DNA of 64,000 nucleotides, taken from positions 229,588,001 to 229,652,000 of the forward strand of contig NC_058368.1 of assembly GCF_018350175.1 (NCBI RefSeq), read 5' to 3'. This document shows, piece after piece, positions 26,161-39,639 of the stretch. A program made the translations under genes and the position numbers. Position 1 is the stretch's first letter. Each line of letters opens with the position of its first letter. The notes below the pieces were generated by a model, which made no database searches, was not told the DNA's origin, and saw only the letters and a program-made list of their open reading frames with translations. This DNA is from Felis catus (taxonomy: Eukaryota).

Positions 26161-26521
26161 AGGTCTTGGTCCATTTGAGCTATTATAACAAAATTATGGA
26201 TTGGGTAGCTTATAAACAACAGAAATTTATTTCTTACAGCTCTGGAGGCTGGAAATCCAAGATCAGGGTGCCAGTATGGTCACATTCTGGTGAAGGCCCT
26301 CTTCTAGGTTGCTGACTGCGAACCGCAGACTTCTCATTACATACTCATTATGAAGGGAGCTGGAGACTCTCTGGGGTCTCTCTCTTAAGCGCATTCATGA
26401 CAGTTCCACCTTCATGACCTAATCATGTCCCAGAGGCCCCACTTCCTAATAACATCATCTTACTGGATACAAATTTCAACATATGAATTTAGGACAGACA
26501 CAAACATTAAGATCATAGCAC
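26161..26521 (-). mobile_element. MaLR solo LTR (MLT1A-like)
   Basis: cttataaacaacagaaatttatttcttacagctctggaggctggaaatccaagatcagggtgcc ... ttcaacatatgaatttagg...cacaaacattaagatcatagca. Confidence 0.9.
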
Positions 26522-27266
26522 CAATGAAGAATCTTGAGTGGTCTGGACGGAGTGATGTCTCACTTCCGACCAAGACCCAGAGCAAAGAAGGCTGGTTTTG
26601 CTTGCATTCAGAGCTATAGCAGATGTTATCAGGGAAGAGTGTCTTTCAGGAAAAGTGGGATCCAGCCCCTTGGAGGAATGACACTGAGGTAGACGACGTG
26701 GTAATTTTGTGGTAATATTGTTCCAATGTGGTAATGTGGTCTTTAGTTTTTTTAGATAGCTAGAAATTTTCAATTCTAAACCAAAGATAGTTTAATTTAC
26801 TCAACAATGTTATCACTCTACTAGGAACCTGGGACACTACAAAAATGAACAGGAAGAAAATTCTGTTCTCATATTGTCTGTCAAGACTGGTGGTTACAGC
26901 CATCCCTGTGACAGTTCAGTAGATTCGACAAAGTGGACAAAAGACGTTCTGCTAAAAACAATTACATCTTTCATTTTAAAAAATTTTTTAAATGTTTTTG
27001 CCATTACATTTTTATTTTATTTAACCTCTTATAAGGAAACTTACCTGACAATTAATTAGTCAGAAAGCTAAAAACCAGGTTTTAAACCTAGATCCACCAT
27101 TACTCTACCTATCCAGGTGGGTAAGAGACTGAATAGAGGGTACTTGGAAGTCAAAATAAAAGATGGACTTCAGAAGTCATTTATTAATTATAGTTTTTAA
27201 AATTCTGATCCTAATAGTGTTATTCTAATTGAATTATATTCATGGATTAGAAGATGCGGTATTGTT

Positions 27267-27450
27267 GGGGTGCCTGGGTGGCTCGGTTGAGCTGATCTCA
27301 CAGCTCGTGAGATCAAGCCCCCCACTGAGCCCTAAATTCGGCTCTGTGCTGACAGCACAAAGCCAGCTTGGGATTATTTCTCTCCCTCTCTCTGCCTTTC
27401 CCCTGCTCTCTTTCTCTCTCTCAAAGTAAATAAATAAACATTAAAAAAAT
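27267..27450 (+). mobile_element. Older CanSINE
   Basis: ggggtgcctgggtggctcggttgagc head; diverged TSD aagatgc(gg/ag)... Confidence 0.9.
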
Positions 27451-27530
27451 AAGATGCAGCATTATTAAGACATTAATATTTTCCCAAATGACCTATATAT
27501 TTATTTTAATTCCTACCAGAATTCCAGCAA

Positions 27531-27670
27531 GATAGATAGATAGATAGATAGACAGATAGGTAGATGATAGATAATAGATTAGATAGATAGATAGAAGATA
27601 GAGATATGATATGATATGGTATAATATGATATGATATATGAATACAAATATGGATACAGATACAGACATA
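27531..27670. repeat. Compound (GATA)n/(GATAT)n microsatellite
   Basis: gatagatagatag... followed by atgatatgatat. Confidence 0.92.
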
Positions 27671-30399
27671 ATATTCAGATATTTCACAAGCTTGCTCTAA
27701 ATTTTATTTTTGAAGGCAAGTGAACTAAAATAACCCAAATAATTTTGAAAAAAAGAATAAACTTGTCCTGATTTCAAAACCTACTAAAATGATATAGCAA
27801 TAAAGTATACTAATGAGAGAAAGATGTACATATTGAACATAACAAAACAGAATATACAAAAATAGACTCACACATGGGTTTTTGGCCAAGGCCAACACCA
27901 ATTCAATGGAGAAAGAATAGTGTTTTCAATAAATGATGCTGACATAAATATCTATATGACAAAAAAATGAACATTGGTCCTTACCTCGTATAGTATACAA
28001 ATATTAACACAAACTCTTTGGGACACCTAAATGTAAAACCTTAAACCATAAAGCTTTTAAAACAAAACACAGAAGAGCATCTACCATGGATAGGCAAATA
28101 TTTCTTAGATATACAAAACCCACAATCAATAATAGTAAAATTGATAAATTTATTTAAAAATGATGACACTAAAATAAGTGTACAGAGAAGCCACAGATTG
28201 GAGAAAATATTAGCAAATAACATATGTGGTGAGGAACTTGTATTTAAAACATATAAAGAACGCTCAGGATTCAGTAATCAGAAAATAAGCTATTCAATAC
28301 AAAGTGAGTGAAAGCACATGAAAATATGCTCAACAGCATTAGTTATTAGGGAAATGCAAATTAAAACCACAATGCAATAAATTTTTTGATGTAATGGGAA
28401 CATTTTTTACCTTGTGGTTCCATGACTGTCAAAATTCTGTCAAAACAAAAAAATTAAACCAAAAAGGCTGAATTGTACTGTATTTCAATTATACCTTCAT
28501 TTTAAAAATATGACTGACAATAGGCATACACAGATGCAACTGAAAAGTGACCATTTTATTTGGTTTCTTGAAGTATGTTCTCCAGATAAATGCTCAAAAT
28601 TATAAATGTTAAGAGAATTGAATAAATAAGGTAAAATTATCACATGTGAGTAAAAATTATCTTATGTAAGCCTATGGATAGTTAGATGAGTAATACTAAG
28701 ATAAGATATAAGATAAGATGAGATATAGTTATGGACACACATATTCATTTTCTACATCTTTTTTCTCATAAGCTTTTTAAAATAGTGATTGTTAAGCCAA
28801 AGTACAAGTTATAGTCGTATGAAATAGGTTAAGTAACAGAAAAGACCTAAAACTAATTTAAAACAAACCAAAACAGATATAATCTTATGCTATTTCCTTG
28901 AGCCATCTAAAGAAGTGAATGACTTCTCAATATTTTGTAACTAAAAGAGTATTGAATTTAAATAAAATGCTTTGGTGTATCATGAAAAGTACATGTATTA
29001 AAACACAACATTTCCTATAGGTTACTCATGATCTGGCCTCTATTTACTACCCTTGCAAAGTTTTTATATATATTTCAGGTTGCGTATGTCTTTTTCTGCT
29101 TCTAACTTTAAGGACAATCATATATTTTTTTGCTTTACATTTGATCTTTACATTTAACAGAAAAGCACAATGAATCACAGAAAGTTTTACTAAGTGTGAC
29201 AATTAGTAATGGAGCAAGGATTTGGAACTGGCAGTCTGAATCTACAGTCCTCCCTCTTTAGGAGGATAGAATACGACTGAGGAACAGTCACTGTGAATTC
29301 TGTTGTAGATATATTTATCAATCTGCGAAATGCTGCTTGATATTTAACCCTGGGGCTAGGGCTTAAGACAAATACATATAAAATCACACCCATCAAGGAT
29401 ACAACGGGGATGGTTAAGGAGAAAACATATCAAGGAGTTATTTTACCAAGTGGTCAAGAAAGGGAAGGAGACAATTCTAGAAATCAACATGCATCTCCAA
29501 GAGCCTGGCATGTGAGGCAGCAATCCGTCTTGGAGTCTGACTGGAATAACAGAGAAGCATCGCTGTGTGAGTCAAGCAAAACTCATGCAAACAAGAAGTC
29601 CAACGGGGCAAAGTCTCCTTGGGCTCTCCTATGTCTAATTAGTAAGGGCATGCATTGTAAAATAATAATATATATACATAACCAGAAAAATAATTTTTAT
29701 CATATCTACTATTATAAAGTATTTTATATTGAACAAAATTATGCAGATATTCTTACCTCTATTTAATGATGAAGAAATGGAGACTTGCTTGCCAAGCTTA
29801 TAAATTCCAGAAGCAGTTCAATGTTTGAACTTCAAACAAAGTGTTCTTTCGCCTTTACCAGATTGCTTCTTGTTTGATAAATTCTGGGAACACAGACAGC
29901 TAATCCTTAATGTAGAATTAATTCATTGTTGAGGTGTCTGTGCTGCCACATTTAATTAACTTCGTGTATGAGAAGGAAGGAGTGGTCAAATCTTAGAGTG
30001 CTGATACTTGTACTTTTTAACTTAGACACTTTTTAGGGCCTTAGACCGATGGCCTGAAGGATTCGAGATCCTGGAGTCAAGGGGTAACGCTGAGATTGTG
30101 ATGATGCCAAAGCAGTCTAAATACCCCAAAGTCTAAATTATAAATTCTTTTTGTGAGATACCTGCTTTGATTTTTTATTCCCTAGGACATTTAATAGAAC
30201 CTCACTGGTTTATCTCCCAACTACACAGATGTATGTATTTATAGTTAATTAAATGTATTAAATGATGTAGATTTTTATAGTGAGTTTATATATACCGTGA
30301 TACAGACTCTTGTTCCCACGTCTGTTCAACAAAGCTGCTCCACTCGGCCTTCAGAATCTTGTCAAATGGAACTAGTTAGGAATTATTCCAATAACTTGG

Positions 30400-31368
30400 T
30401 TTCTCAACTCCTATTTCTCACACCCAAAACATCAGCATGCTCTGCCTTCAAAATATATCCACATCTGATTACTGGTCACACACTGCCAAGCAGGTCCACA
30501 CTGGGCTGAGGCCTGTGTCTCACATAGCTTACCCTATCAGCCTCCCTCCTTTTCCCCTTTCCTCCCCGCCTTGGCCCCCTGTGGTCTAATCTCCATACAA
30601 CCACCAAAGGGACACTCTAAATTGTACACTCTATTTCGTATGCGCAACCTTCCTACTTGTAGCTCTTAAAAGGCGTTCCATTATATGCAACATTATATTT
30701 GAAATAAAATTCAAATATATACCCATGGCCGACAAAGTCCCACCTCACCTATCTCTGCTGACCCTTCACTTCTATATTCTATGCCCCTTGACCTTTCTCA
30801 AGATAAATCAACAGGGCATTCCCACCCCCACCTCAAGGCCTTTACAGTTGCTGCAAATTCTGTAACATACCTTTCCCTCCACAACTCCCCAGAGCTGGAA
30901 GCTTTCTTACTCTTCAAGTCTTTACGCAAAAGTTCCCTTTACAGATAGCTTATCTTTAAGCAACTTCTGAAAAAAAAATAACACACTCTTCCAATTTCCA
31001 TATGATCCCACCCTGCTACCCTTCTTCATTTTCCTTATGGCAATTATTATTGCCTGAAGTTACATTATTTATTTTCACATTTCTTTACTGTCTTACCACT
31101 AGATAGTAGGTTCCAAGATGGCAGTGACTCATTTACCCCGCTCCCTAGGAAATATTCAGCACCTTAAACAAGGCTTGGATTCTCCAAGTGGCTTACAATG
31201 GATGCCAGTAGTGGTCTGCCGCATTCTTTCCTCTGGCAAGTGCACCCATCCCCCAGCCGAAGTGAGTGTTGGCTGATAACACTCAAAACAGAATCAGCAC
31301 CTCAAGATCTGCTCCTGGGAAATGGAACTAAAGCAGCTTTCAGTAGATAACTTGTGAGTGAATGACTA
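30400..31368 (+). mobile_element. L2 relic
   Basis: ctgccttcaaaatatatcc, cctcaaggcctttacagttgctg, ccactagatagtaggttccaagatggcagtgac, terminal gagtgaatga. Confidence 0.7.
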
Positions 31369-31659
31369 TGGACGTATTGCCAAGGGAGCAGTGTTAACGA
31401 AGGCAGTAACGTGGAGCCATGTGATGGAACTACTATGGACTTAAAGAAAGTCTTGAACATGAACTGTTTTTATACTGTTTGACTCAACTTTTCTAAAAGC
31501 TTCAAAAAGCAACATCTATTTTTTAGAAAGAAGAAAAGAGAGAAGGAGAGAAAAAAAAGAAGCAACTTTCCTAGTCACATATGCTTGAGAAACATTTCAT
31601 ACTCCTACAAAAGTGCCTCAGGATTGGTATTAATATATTAAAGGACCTAAAAAAATTTA

Positions 31660-32372
31660 ATCCCCTATAAAATACTCACACACTAATTCCTAGAATTTGT
31701 GAATATGCGATTATTGGATGGGAGAGGGGGGTTGGAGGTACAGATGGAATTAAGGTTGCTAAAAAGCTAATCAGAAAATAAAGAGATTATCCTGGATTAT
31801 CCAAGTGGCCCCAATATAATCCCAAGAGTTCTTTAAAGTCAAAGAGGAAAGCAGATGAGGAGCTCAAAGTCAGACAAGATTGTCAGCTACCCTGCTGGCT
31901 TTGAAGAAAGAAGGAGAAGATGCCAAGATCGTCTACACATCCGGAAGCTTGAAACTGTAGAGTGGATTCTCCCCTGGGACCTCCAGAAAGAACACAGCCC
32001 TGTTGACACCCTGATTTTTAGCCAGTGAGGCCCACTCTGGATTTCTGACTTCCAGAAATGTAATATAATAAATTTGCATTGTTTTAAACCACTTCTACAG
32101 GGGCGCCTGGGTGGCGCAGTCGGTTAAGCGTCCGACTTCAGCTCAGGTCACGATCTCGCGGTCCGTGAGTTCGAGCCCCGCGTCAGGCTCTGGGCTGATG
32201 GCTCGGAGCCTGGAGCCTGTTTCCGATTCTGTGTCTCCCTCTCTCTCTGCCCCTTCCCCGTTCATGCTCTGTCTCTCTCTGTCCCAAAAATAAAATTAAA
32301 AAAATAAATAAAAAAAATAAATAAACCACTTCTACAGTAATTTGTTACAGCAGCAACATGAAACTGATATAT
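31660..32372 (+). mobile_element. MaLR solo LTR (MLT1D-like), interrupted by a young SINE
   Basis: gagattatcctggattatccaagtggccccaatataatc, gattctcccctgggacctccagaaagaacacagccctg, aataaatttgcattgttttaaaccac...gtaatttgttacagcagcaa. Confidence 0.9.
32100..32321 (+). mobile_element. Young felid CanSINE (SINEC_Fc)
   Basis: Near-consensus body; perfect TSD taaaccacttctaca(g) at 32085 and 32322. Confidence 0.98.
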
Positions 32373-32579
32373 GCAGGAAATACGCTAATTTACTTTTGCT
32401 GAATTCAATGTTCATCAAATATATTGGAGGCCGAATCATAGTTTCCTTAAAAACCTGTTAATATTTCTTGATTTCTTGTTGAATGTATATTTTGTAAATA
32501 GAGACATTACTATTATTATACGTAAATTAAACTGAATGTTCTGAAATGCTGAAAAGTCACTTTACAAGATAATGCTTCA

Positions 32580-32787
32580 GGGCGCCTGGGTGGCTCAGTT
32601 GGCTGTGTGTCCCACTGTGGCTCAGGTCATCATCTCCTGATTAGCAAGTATGAACCCTGCGTCGGGCTCTGTGCCGACAGCGCAGACCCTGGAGCCTGCT
32701 TCGGATTCTGTGTCTCCCTCTCTCTCTGACCCTCCCCCACTCGCTCTCTCTCTCCTTCTCAAAAATAAATAAACATTAAAAAAAAAA
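32580..32787 (+). mobile_element. CanSINE
   Basis: ggggcgcctgggtggctcagttgg head; TSD tttacaagataatgc. Confidence 0.95.
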
Positions 32788-33377
32788 CCTTTACAAGATA
32801 ATGCCTCCATTTTGTAAACTGTTCACAAATTATATCATAGAGAGAGAAAAATCTTGATTAAATATTAAAAGGCACATGGCCCCAAACTTTGTTGTAAATA
32901 ATGAAAATACATTTTCTGTGTATTTTTTCTATAATTTTTGTGTCATTTTGAAGATCTAGAGTCACTCGTTTAAAATAAATATTTATTTTTAAATTATAGA
33001 AAATAATCTTATTGACCATGTAAAATGCAGCAAGAAACTTTAAACAAATAGTACCAGTGCCATTAGCTTTTAAAGCCTTTGACATGAAGGGCAAGTCTAA
33101 GTAGTCTTCTCCCCAAAATAGTCAATACTCTGTCACACACACAAAAAAATTAACAACTGATGTATAAAGTCAGTTATATCTTCTGTTTCCTACAGTGTTT
33201 ATCATTCTAGAGATTCCTTAATCCCATCTTCTGGCCTTGAACATATATTTTTTTTTAAAATGTCCTTGATCTTCCAACTACCCTCTTTCTCTACCATGCC
33301 TGGCATTCATGAAAAAGTGTTTTATGTTCATTAATCACCTTCTATCCACTGTGATGTGATGTATATTCACCCTCTTC

Positions 33378-33601
33378 TTTTTTTTTTCAAAAATTTTTTA
33401 TTAAAGTTTATTTTTGAGAGAGAGAGAGACAGAGTGAGAGTGGAGAAGGGGCAGAGAGAGAGGGAGACACAGAACCTGAAGCAGGCTCCAGGCTCTGAGC
33501 TGTCATCATGGAGCCCAATGTGGGGCTCAAGCCCACAAGACATGAGATCATGACCTGATCCGAAGTCGTATGCTCAACCAACTGAGCCATCTAGGCGCCC
33601 C
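33378..33601 (-). mobile_element. CanSINE
   Basis: poly-T, (GA)n, gcaggctccaggctctgagctgtc...ctgagccatctaggcgcccc. Confidence 0.95.
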
Positions 33602-36415
33602 CCGACCCCCACCCTCCTTTTCTGACTCACTTCCTGTCGATACCACCTGTGACTCAGATTCCATGTTAGGAGATGTCCATGTAGCATTTGATACAGATCA
33701 GCATGGCTTCAGGTGGACTTGGGAGATGAGAGGTATTTTAGATACAGCTCGTTATGTGTACAGAGAGGTCTTGAGTGGCACCAGCCTGCGCGAACGCTAA
33801 CATGGTTAAGAGGGCAGATCCGCAGTGACGAGGTTTTGTTGGAACTGGAAACCATGTTAATTGGCTCTGTCTATAGTTTCAGCAAATGTTTGTTGACAGG
33901 TTGCTATACTTTGTATGTTTTCAGGCAAACGGTTAAATCCCTTACATTATTAAATGTGAAAAAATTACTCCTAATTGTTTTAATTATGAAATTCTATAGC
34001 AAGTTATTATTTTGAAAGTGAGCTTGTTAAGTATGTTTGTGACTCTCAGTTTGGGCTGGAAAATTATGGAGTAAGCTGTGTAATAAATTTCCAAATTCTT
34101 TACAAAATTCAATAGTGCATATTATTGTACAAGCTAGTCCTTAAAACTAAATCAAATACTTAGGTACTCTTTGAGATTGTTTGATTTATTAAATAATACA
34201 TTAAGCAGAAAGGGGTGTTAATTCAAAAACAAAATTACTGAGATTTGATAAAACTTCCTGATCTCTGGGCTTTACTAATTGTATGTCCTTTAAACAAATG
34301 AGGAGTTACAGGATATCCTCATTAGAGCACATGTATACTTGCCCAATTATAAAAAAAGTAAACTAAAGTGAAGCTGTGGCTTTATTCCATATATATTCTT
34401 TTAATCAATTTTTCTTTATGAAGTAGTCAAATACCAACTACTAACTAATAAATTTAGAAAACTTTAAATAAACTTCCAATTCAGGAGAAGAGCTAAATGC
34501 TCAAAGGTGTCAAAATTATCGATGTTGTATAATGGATGATCTTCTGAGAGACTAAGGCACAGCCAGTCATGTCATTTGTCACATCCTTGCTCAAAATTAA
34601 AAGCCACATCTTTGACATGTTGTACCTTTCCCCACTGACAGTTTCAAAAACAAACTGTGCAGTTAAAATTGTCCAAGCAAACATTCTGTACCACTAGGTG
34701 CTTTGTTATTTGTTTAATCTGAGTTTTTATTCCTCAGATAAGGAAGACTGGTTAGTTAACATTATTGATAAAAATGTTACTGAGTACCTGCATTTTTCTT
34801 ACCAGGAAAAATAAAGCAGGCTCTATTTTAGCATATACAAGTTTTAAATTTTATGGCCATTTTAATTTTATACAGGGACACACAAAAAATAACTATTTCA
34901 AATATAGTGAAATAGGTCTCCATTTTTGTGTGATTAACTGGAATGATTCCATTTTCTACAGTTTAAATGACAAAGTACATTTGTGGAAGTAGCTGAATGA
35001 AAATAGGAGACATCTAAATGATTATAAGTGATTTAGTAACAATGAAGTTGTCAATATTAGTATTCCTGTGTTTTCTTATTACTTTGTAAGTAACGGCTAT
35101 TTGACTAGACATCTTTTAAACCCGTAATGCTATTTATAAAAATCTATATACCTTTTGCTTCCCCCTCAAAAAAAGCAGTCTAGAAAAGAGCTGGTAAAAG
35201 CAGAAGAAATATTTAAACAATAACAAAGGAAAATGAGATTCTAACCATAAATTGGAAAGTATAAAAGTTTATAATCTAAGGACTCATAAAGAAAATGTGA
35301 AAGTGTTTTTGTTCTGTAAGTTACTGAACTTGGCAATTGTATTCCTGCTGAGCAGAAGGTAAATTGACCTAAATTTTATAGGCTCTCCAATTCTGTGTAG
35401 AAGAGATTGGCTTGGAAAAATAGAGTTGGAGAATTATTGTTCAATTGCTCAGGGAACACAGCACCAATTGGTATATTTGATTTATTAATATTGATTTTTG
35501 TACCAACTTCACAAAGCCACATGTTTATTTTCCACTTTGAAATAAATTATCCCTTCTTTGGGGGGGGGGATAGATTTTTACTTTAAGTTTTGCTGATGAA
35601 CTAGTATCAAGAAAATATTGATCTAATATTTTATGAAATCTACCACGTGAAGCCTTGGAGAGAAGAAAATGAGAGAAAAGAGTAATTTCCCATCTGGAAG
35701 AATGAACCTTGGGCAGACAGACATAATGACTGTGAAGTGGCTTCTCAATAGAACCCTGGAGCATCCAAGGGGATGGTTTTTCCTTCTGCTGACTTCTGGG
35801 ATCAAAAGTGACTTAATGGCAAAAGTGCATTTGGGACGAAGCATGATCAGACCTTTCCTTGCTGTCAAGATGGAGGTAGAGTGGCAGAGCATTCTGAGAT
35901 GAAAAAATAGCAGAAAAAAAAAATGGCCAAGTGGCTAGGTATATAGTAGGGCCGGTGTTAGTAAATGGTCTGGCATGGATGGGGTTGGTGGAAAAGATAC
36001 AGCAAGAAAGGCATAGAACGTGGGGAAGGTGATAAGAGAAAAATGGACAGATTAAGACCCTGTGGCAGAAGAGTAGGAAATAGTGTAGATACCACTGTCC
36101 GGAGATAGAACCTGCCAGACTTTCCAAGGAGATCAAATACCACTGTAGGATGTTAGAAAACCACAGACCCCTGCCCCCACCTCTACATCTACTCTGGTTT
36201 CTCGGAAGTTCCTTGGTCTCCAGGCCCCAATACTCCACTTACTTTCTTCCCTAAGTTCCTTGTGCGGGGTTAGAACCTAAACCTACCTGTGATATCTATC
36301 CTTCAGAACAATGTGTACACTTACATCATGTGAAGATAAAAGGAGAATAGCAAAAAACTTCTGTCTTTCCCTATTCTTCCATTCTGCCTTACAATAGTAA
36401 AGGAGTCCTCTTTCT

Positions 36416-36616
36416 TTTTAAAAATTTTTTAGTGATTATTATTTTTAAGAGTGGGGAAGGGAGGGGCAGAGAGAGAGGGAGACACCGAATCTGAAACAGG
36501 CTCCAGGTTCTGAGCTGTCAGCACAGAAACCGACATGGGGCTCAAACCCATGAACTTCAAGATCATGACCTGAGCCGAAGTCAGACGTTTAACCAACGAA
36601 GCCACCCATATGCCCC
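36416..36616 (-). mobile_element. CanSINE
   Basis: Reverse SINE body; perfect 16-bp TSD aaggagtcctctttct (36400-36415 and 36617-36632). Confidence 0.96.
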
Positions 36617-37849
36617 AAGGAGTCCTCTTTCTAAGGGACCACCTTTCTGGCTTCAAGTGTCAATTGGGCTGAAAATACCATCAAGGTGACTCATTATATC
36701 CTGTGAGTAAATATCACCACACAAGCCTTGCAGCCATGAGTCGGGTTTCCAGACCTCTGCTGGCCAAGAAGGGCTCACGTGTGGATTACATAATGAACCA
36801 ACAAAATGTCCAAAGTTTCAACACAATGTGATCAGGAAGATAACTCTTCAATTTACCAAGAAACAAGGAGCAAGGAGAACGGACAGAAAAGGGAGGAAAT
36901 GTAGGAATGTGAAGAGAAGACAAGGGAAGAAAATGGCTGTTGTGTGCCCTTGGTGCAGACTCTTGGTACAGAAAGGTGGGGTTTCCAGGTTCAGACCTAG
37001 GCAGGTGCTGTGCAAATGAGCTTAGGGTGGAAGTTTCTCTTTTGCCCAAGGCATCTGAAATAAGCTTTGTGTCAGGAGACAGATACCTACGCGTTAGTGT
37101 GAGACAAAGAAGTCTTCTCCTGTACATTTCTCAGGACGTATAATGAAATCCTAGGTTCTTGGTTCTCAGAGATCTTTTATTTTGCGTGAGGGTTGGGGGG
37201 AATCAATGTGCAGCCTGCATTTGAAATAAATAAGGCTAATGATTTTTAAGAAAAAAATTAAATTGATCATATTACCATCTGAGTAAATACAATTTATTTA
37301 CAGTCAACTTTCGATTTCATGTTTTTCAAGATTGTTCAAACCTGTACTTATCGTCACTTCAATGTAATTGTACTTTATAAGTTTACAGAAAGTTCTTTTT
37401 TTTTTAAGTAATAATAGTGAACAAGTAGTTGGTATTTCCAGATTCTCTGTTTGGTATTGGACCATTTCAATCATAATGGGAATCAGGGGACTCATGTATA
37501 CTGGGAGTTCAAAACTCCTGAGATACACTGAATGGAATCTTGACAAAGGAGGAAAGTATCAGTAAAAATGCAGGTGCTTGAAATGACTCTCCAAAGTTAC
37601 AAAACAATTTTCACTAATTAGAACCTTAAGTCATGCTGTAAAAACAAAACAAACAAACAAAAAACCTTTGTAAGCATTGTTCATCATTTATATTTAGTTA
37701 TTGAAACCGGACAGACATATCTGTTACAAATAAGGGCCTATGAGGCCAATTAATGCTGATTTCTTACTAATGGTAAGGCCGCGTGCAGAACCACCAAGGA
37801 GATAATGATGTCATTAGAGACAATACGCATAACCTGCATTATTTGCCAG

Positions 37850-38045
37850 TTGCTAGACTAAAGCATTTGACATGAGTTCACAATGATATCATAAAGTAGG
37901 CCATAATAGTATCCCCTTCTATCCGATGAAAAACTGAAGTTGGCGAAATCTAATTTGCTTGCCGGGAGTCGCACAGTTATTACGTTTGCAGGATTGGATT
38001 CCAGACTGTCTGGCTTCTGAGTCTGAGCTACTATGACATACTCTA
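37850..38045 (-). mobile_element. MIR relic
   Basis: atccccttctatccgatgaaaaactgaagttgg...ggattggattccagactgtctggcttctgagtc resembles the antisense MIR core. Confidence 0.6.
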
Positions 38046-39639
38046 ACTGGTAGTGCCCTAATACATCATGTCTTATTGTGCCTACAGTATTTATATTCCA
38101 AAATATGGACAGAATTCTGCTATCTTTTGTTCATATACCAAATTAAAATACAAATTAAAATTTTGGAAGAGATTATTTTGGTGTTAGCTCTCAATAATGA
38201 TATTTTCCTTGTGAGAAGAATGGACATGACTAATTTTAAGGGTTTTGGATGATAATTCACATAAATAGAATTTAAATTTAGAGGTAAATCTCACAGATTA
38301 TAAGTTTATTCATGAGATTTCTTGTTAATACTGAACCAATATTCCTTTTCCATCCAAATCAGCCCATTATAATGGCAGCTGTAGATATTCATTTATATAC
38401 GAATATTGCTGAATATTTCTATGTACCAAGATAACTTCTAGGCATATCCAGCTAGATATAAACCACGAATATTTAAATGTACAGATGGAGAATATAGAAC
38501 TTACTGAGAATTTGGGAGGAAAGATCAATTCATCAATACACTGCAATTCATATATTGCCTGCTATACAAATTACACAAATATATTGGAGTTTGGATTCAC
38601 TTTGATTCATTAGGGACAACAGAAAGCCATGTGAAGAGAATTCAAAATGCAGGAGTTGAAAGCAGCATTTCCATTGCCCTCTATGGAGCAAGACTCTCAT
38701 GTCCTCTTATAAGACAATGTAACTGTAATCATTTAAAAAGATGTTCCTCAGTCTAATTATTTATAATGAGTGCCTTGTAAAATTCATGAATTCTCTCAAG
38801 AAATGAAAGATGAATATTTTCATCAAATATTAACTGCAAAGTATATAAATCCCTGACACAGAATTATTCTACTTCTATGACCTCCCTCATGGCATTTCCT
38901 TCTCTTGTTTGTTAGTTGGTTGCTTTTCTTACAACTACTGTGGTTCATTCCACCAAGAGTTTGAACTGAACAGTGGACAAAAAAAGAAAAAGAGTTACGA
39001 TGGACAGCCAAAGCATTTGCTGCAGTCAACACTGCTGGTTAAAAGTAAATAAATAATTTTTTTTTAAAAAACAAGTTTCTGTACCTGTGATTTTTCATCC
39101 TATGCCCCAACTATGAAAGAACAAGGCAGCCAAGAGCCCAATTGTTCTTGAATGGGAAGAAAACAACTTTTGTCCTGGTTATGCTTTGAAATGACTTGCA
39201 CTTGAAAAATTTACTTCTAAAGTAAACATAGCAAAATCAATATGGCTTCCTCATTTCTCTGGAGCATACCAGTTCCCAAAGCTATTACAGATATTTTTGA
39301 AAAGAAAAAAAAACGCCGGGGTAAACTGCAAAACATCAGTGATTTGATGGCGTTAACAACATACAAGGCAAACCTCTCAATGAGACTTTCATATTCATCA
39401 ACTCATTTCACAGGGTGTCAGAGAAAGTAGTAAAACAATCACCCAGCTGAATAAAAAAAAAAAAAATCTCCTATTGTAACTACCAGGAAAGAAAAGTGCA
39501 CAAGTGTTCATAAAAGGAGTTGTAAACGTTCATAAGAGAGGGGGCTGTCTCCGGGGTGTTCAGGAAGGATTCCCTCTGAAAGGAGTGTTAGATGGGAGAG
39601 TGGAAGAATGAGGTTATTTGTTTGTGTTTCACCCTGTCA

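Larger units (their letters stand above)
27232..28508 (+). mobile_element. Old LINE-1 ORF2/3' remnant, interrupted by a SINE and (GATA)n
   Basis: attcatggattagaagat; attcaatggagaaagaatagtgttttcaataaatgatgctg; gggaaatgcaaattaaaaccacaatg. Confidence 0.85.

Noticed and set aside
34688..34705. CTCF-like ccactaggtgct
   Set aside because: Lacks the GGC of the core CCACTAGGTGGC; partial match expected by chance.
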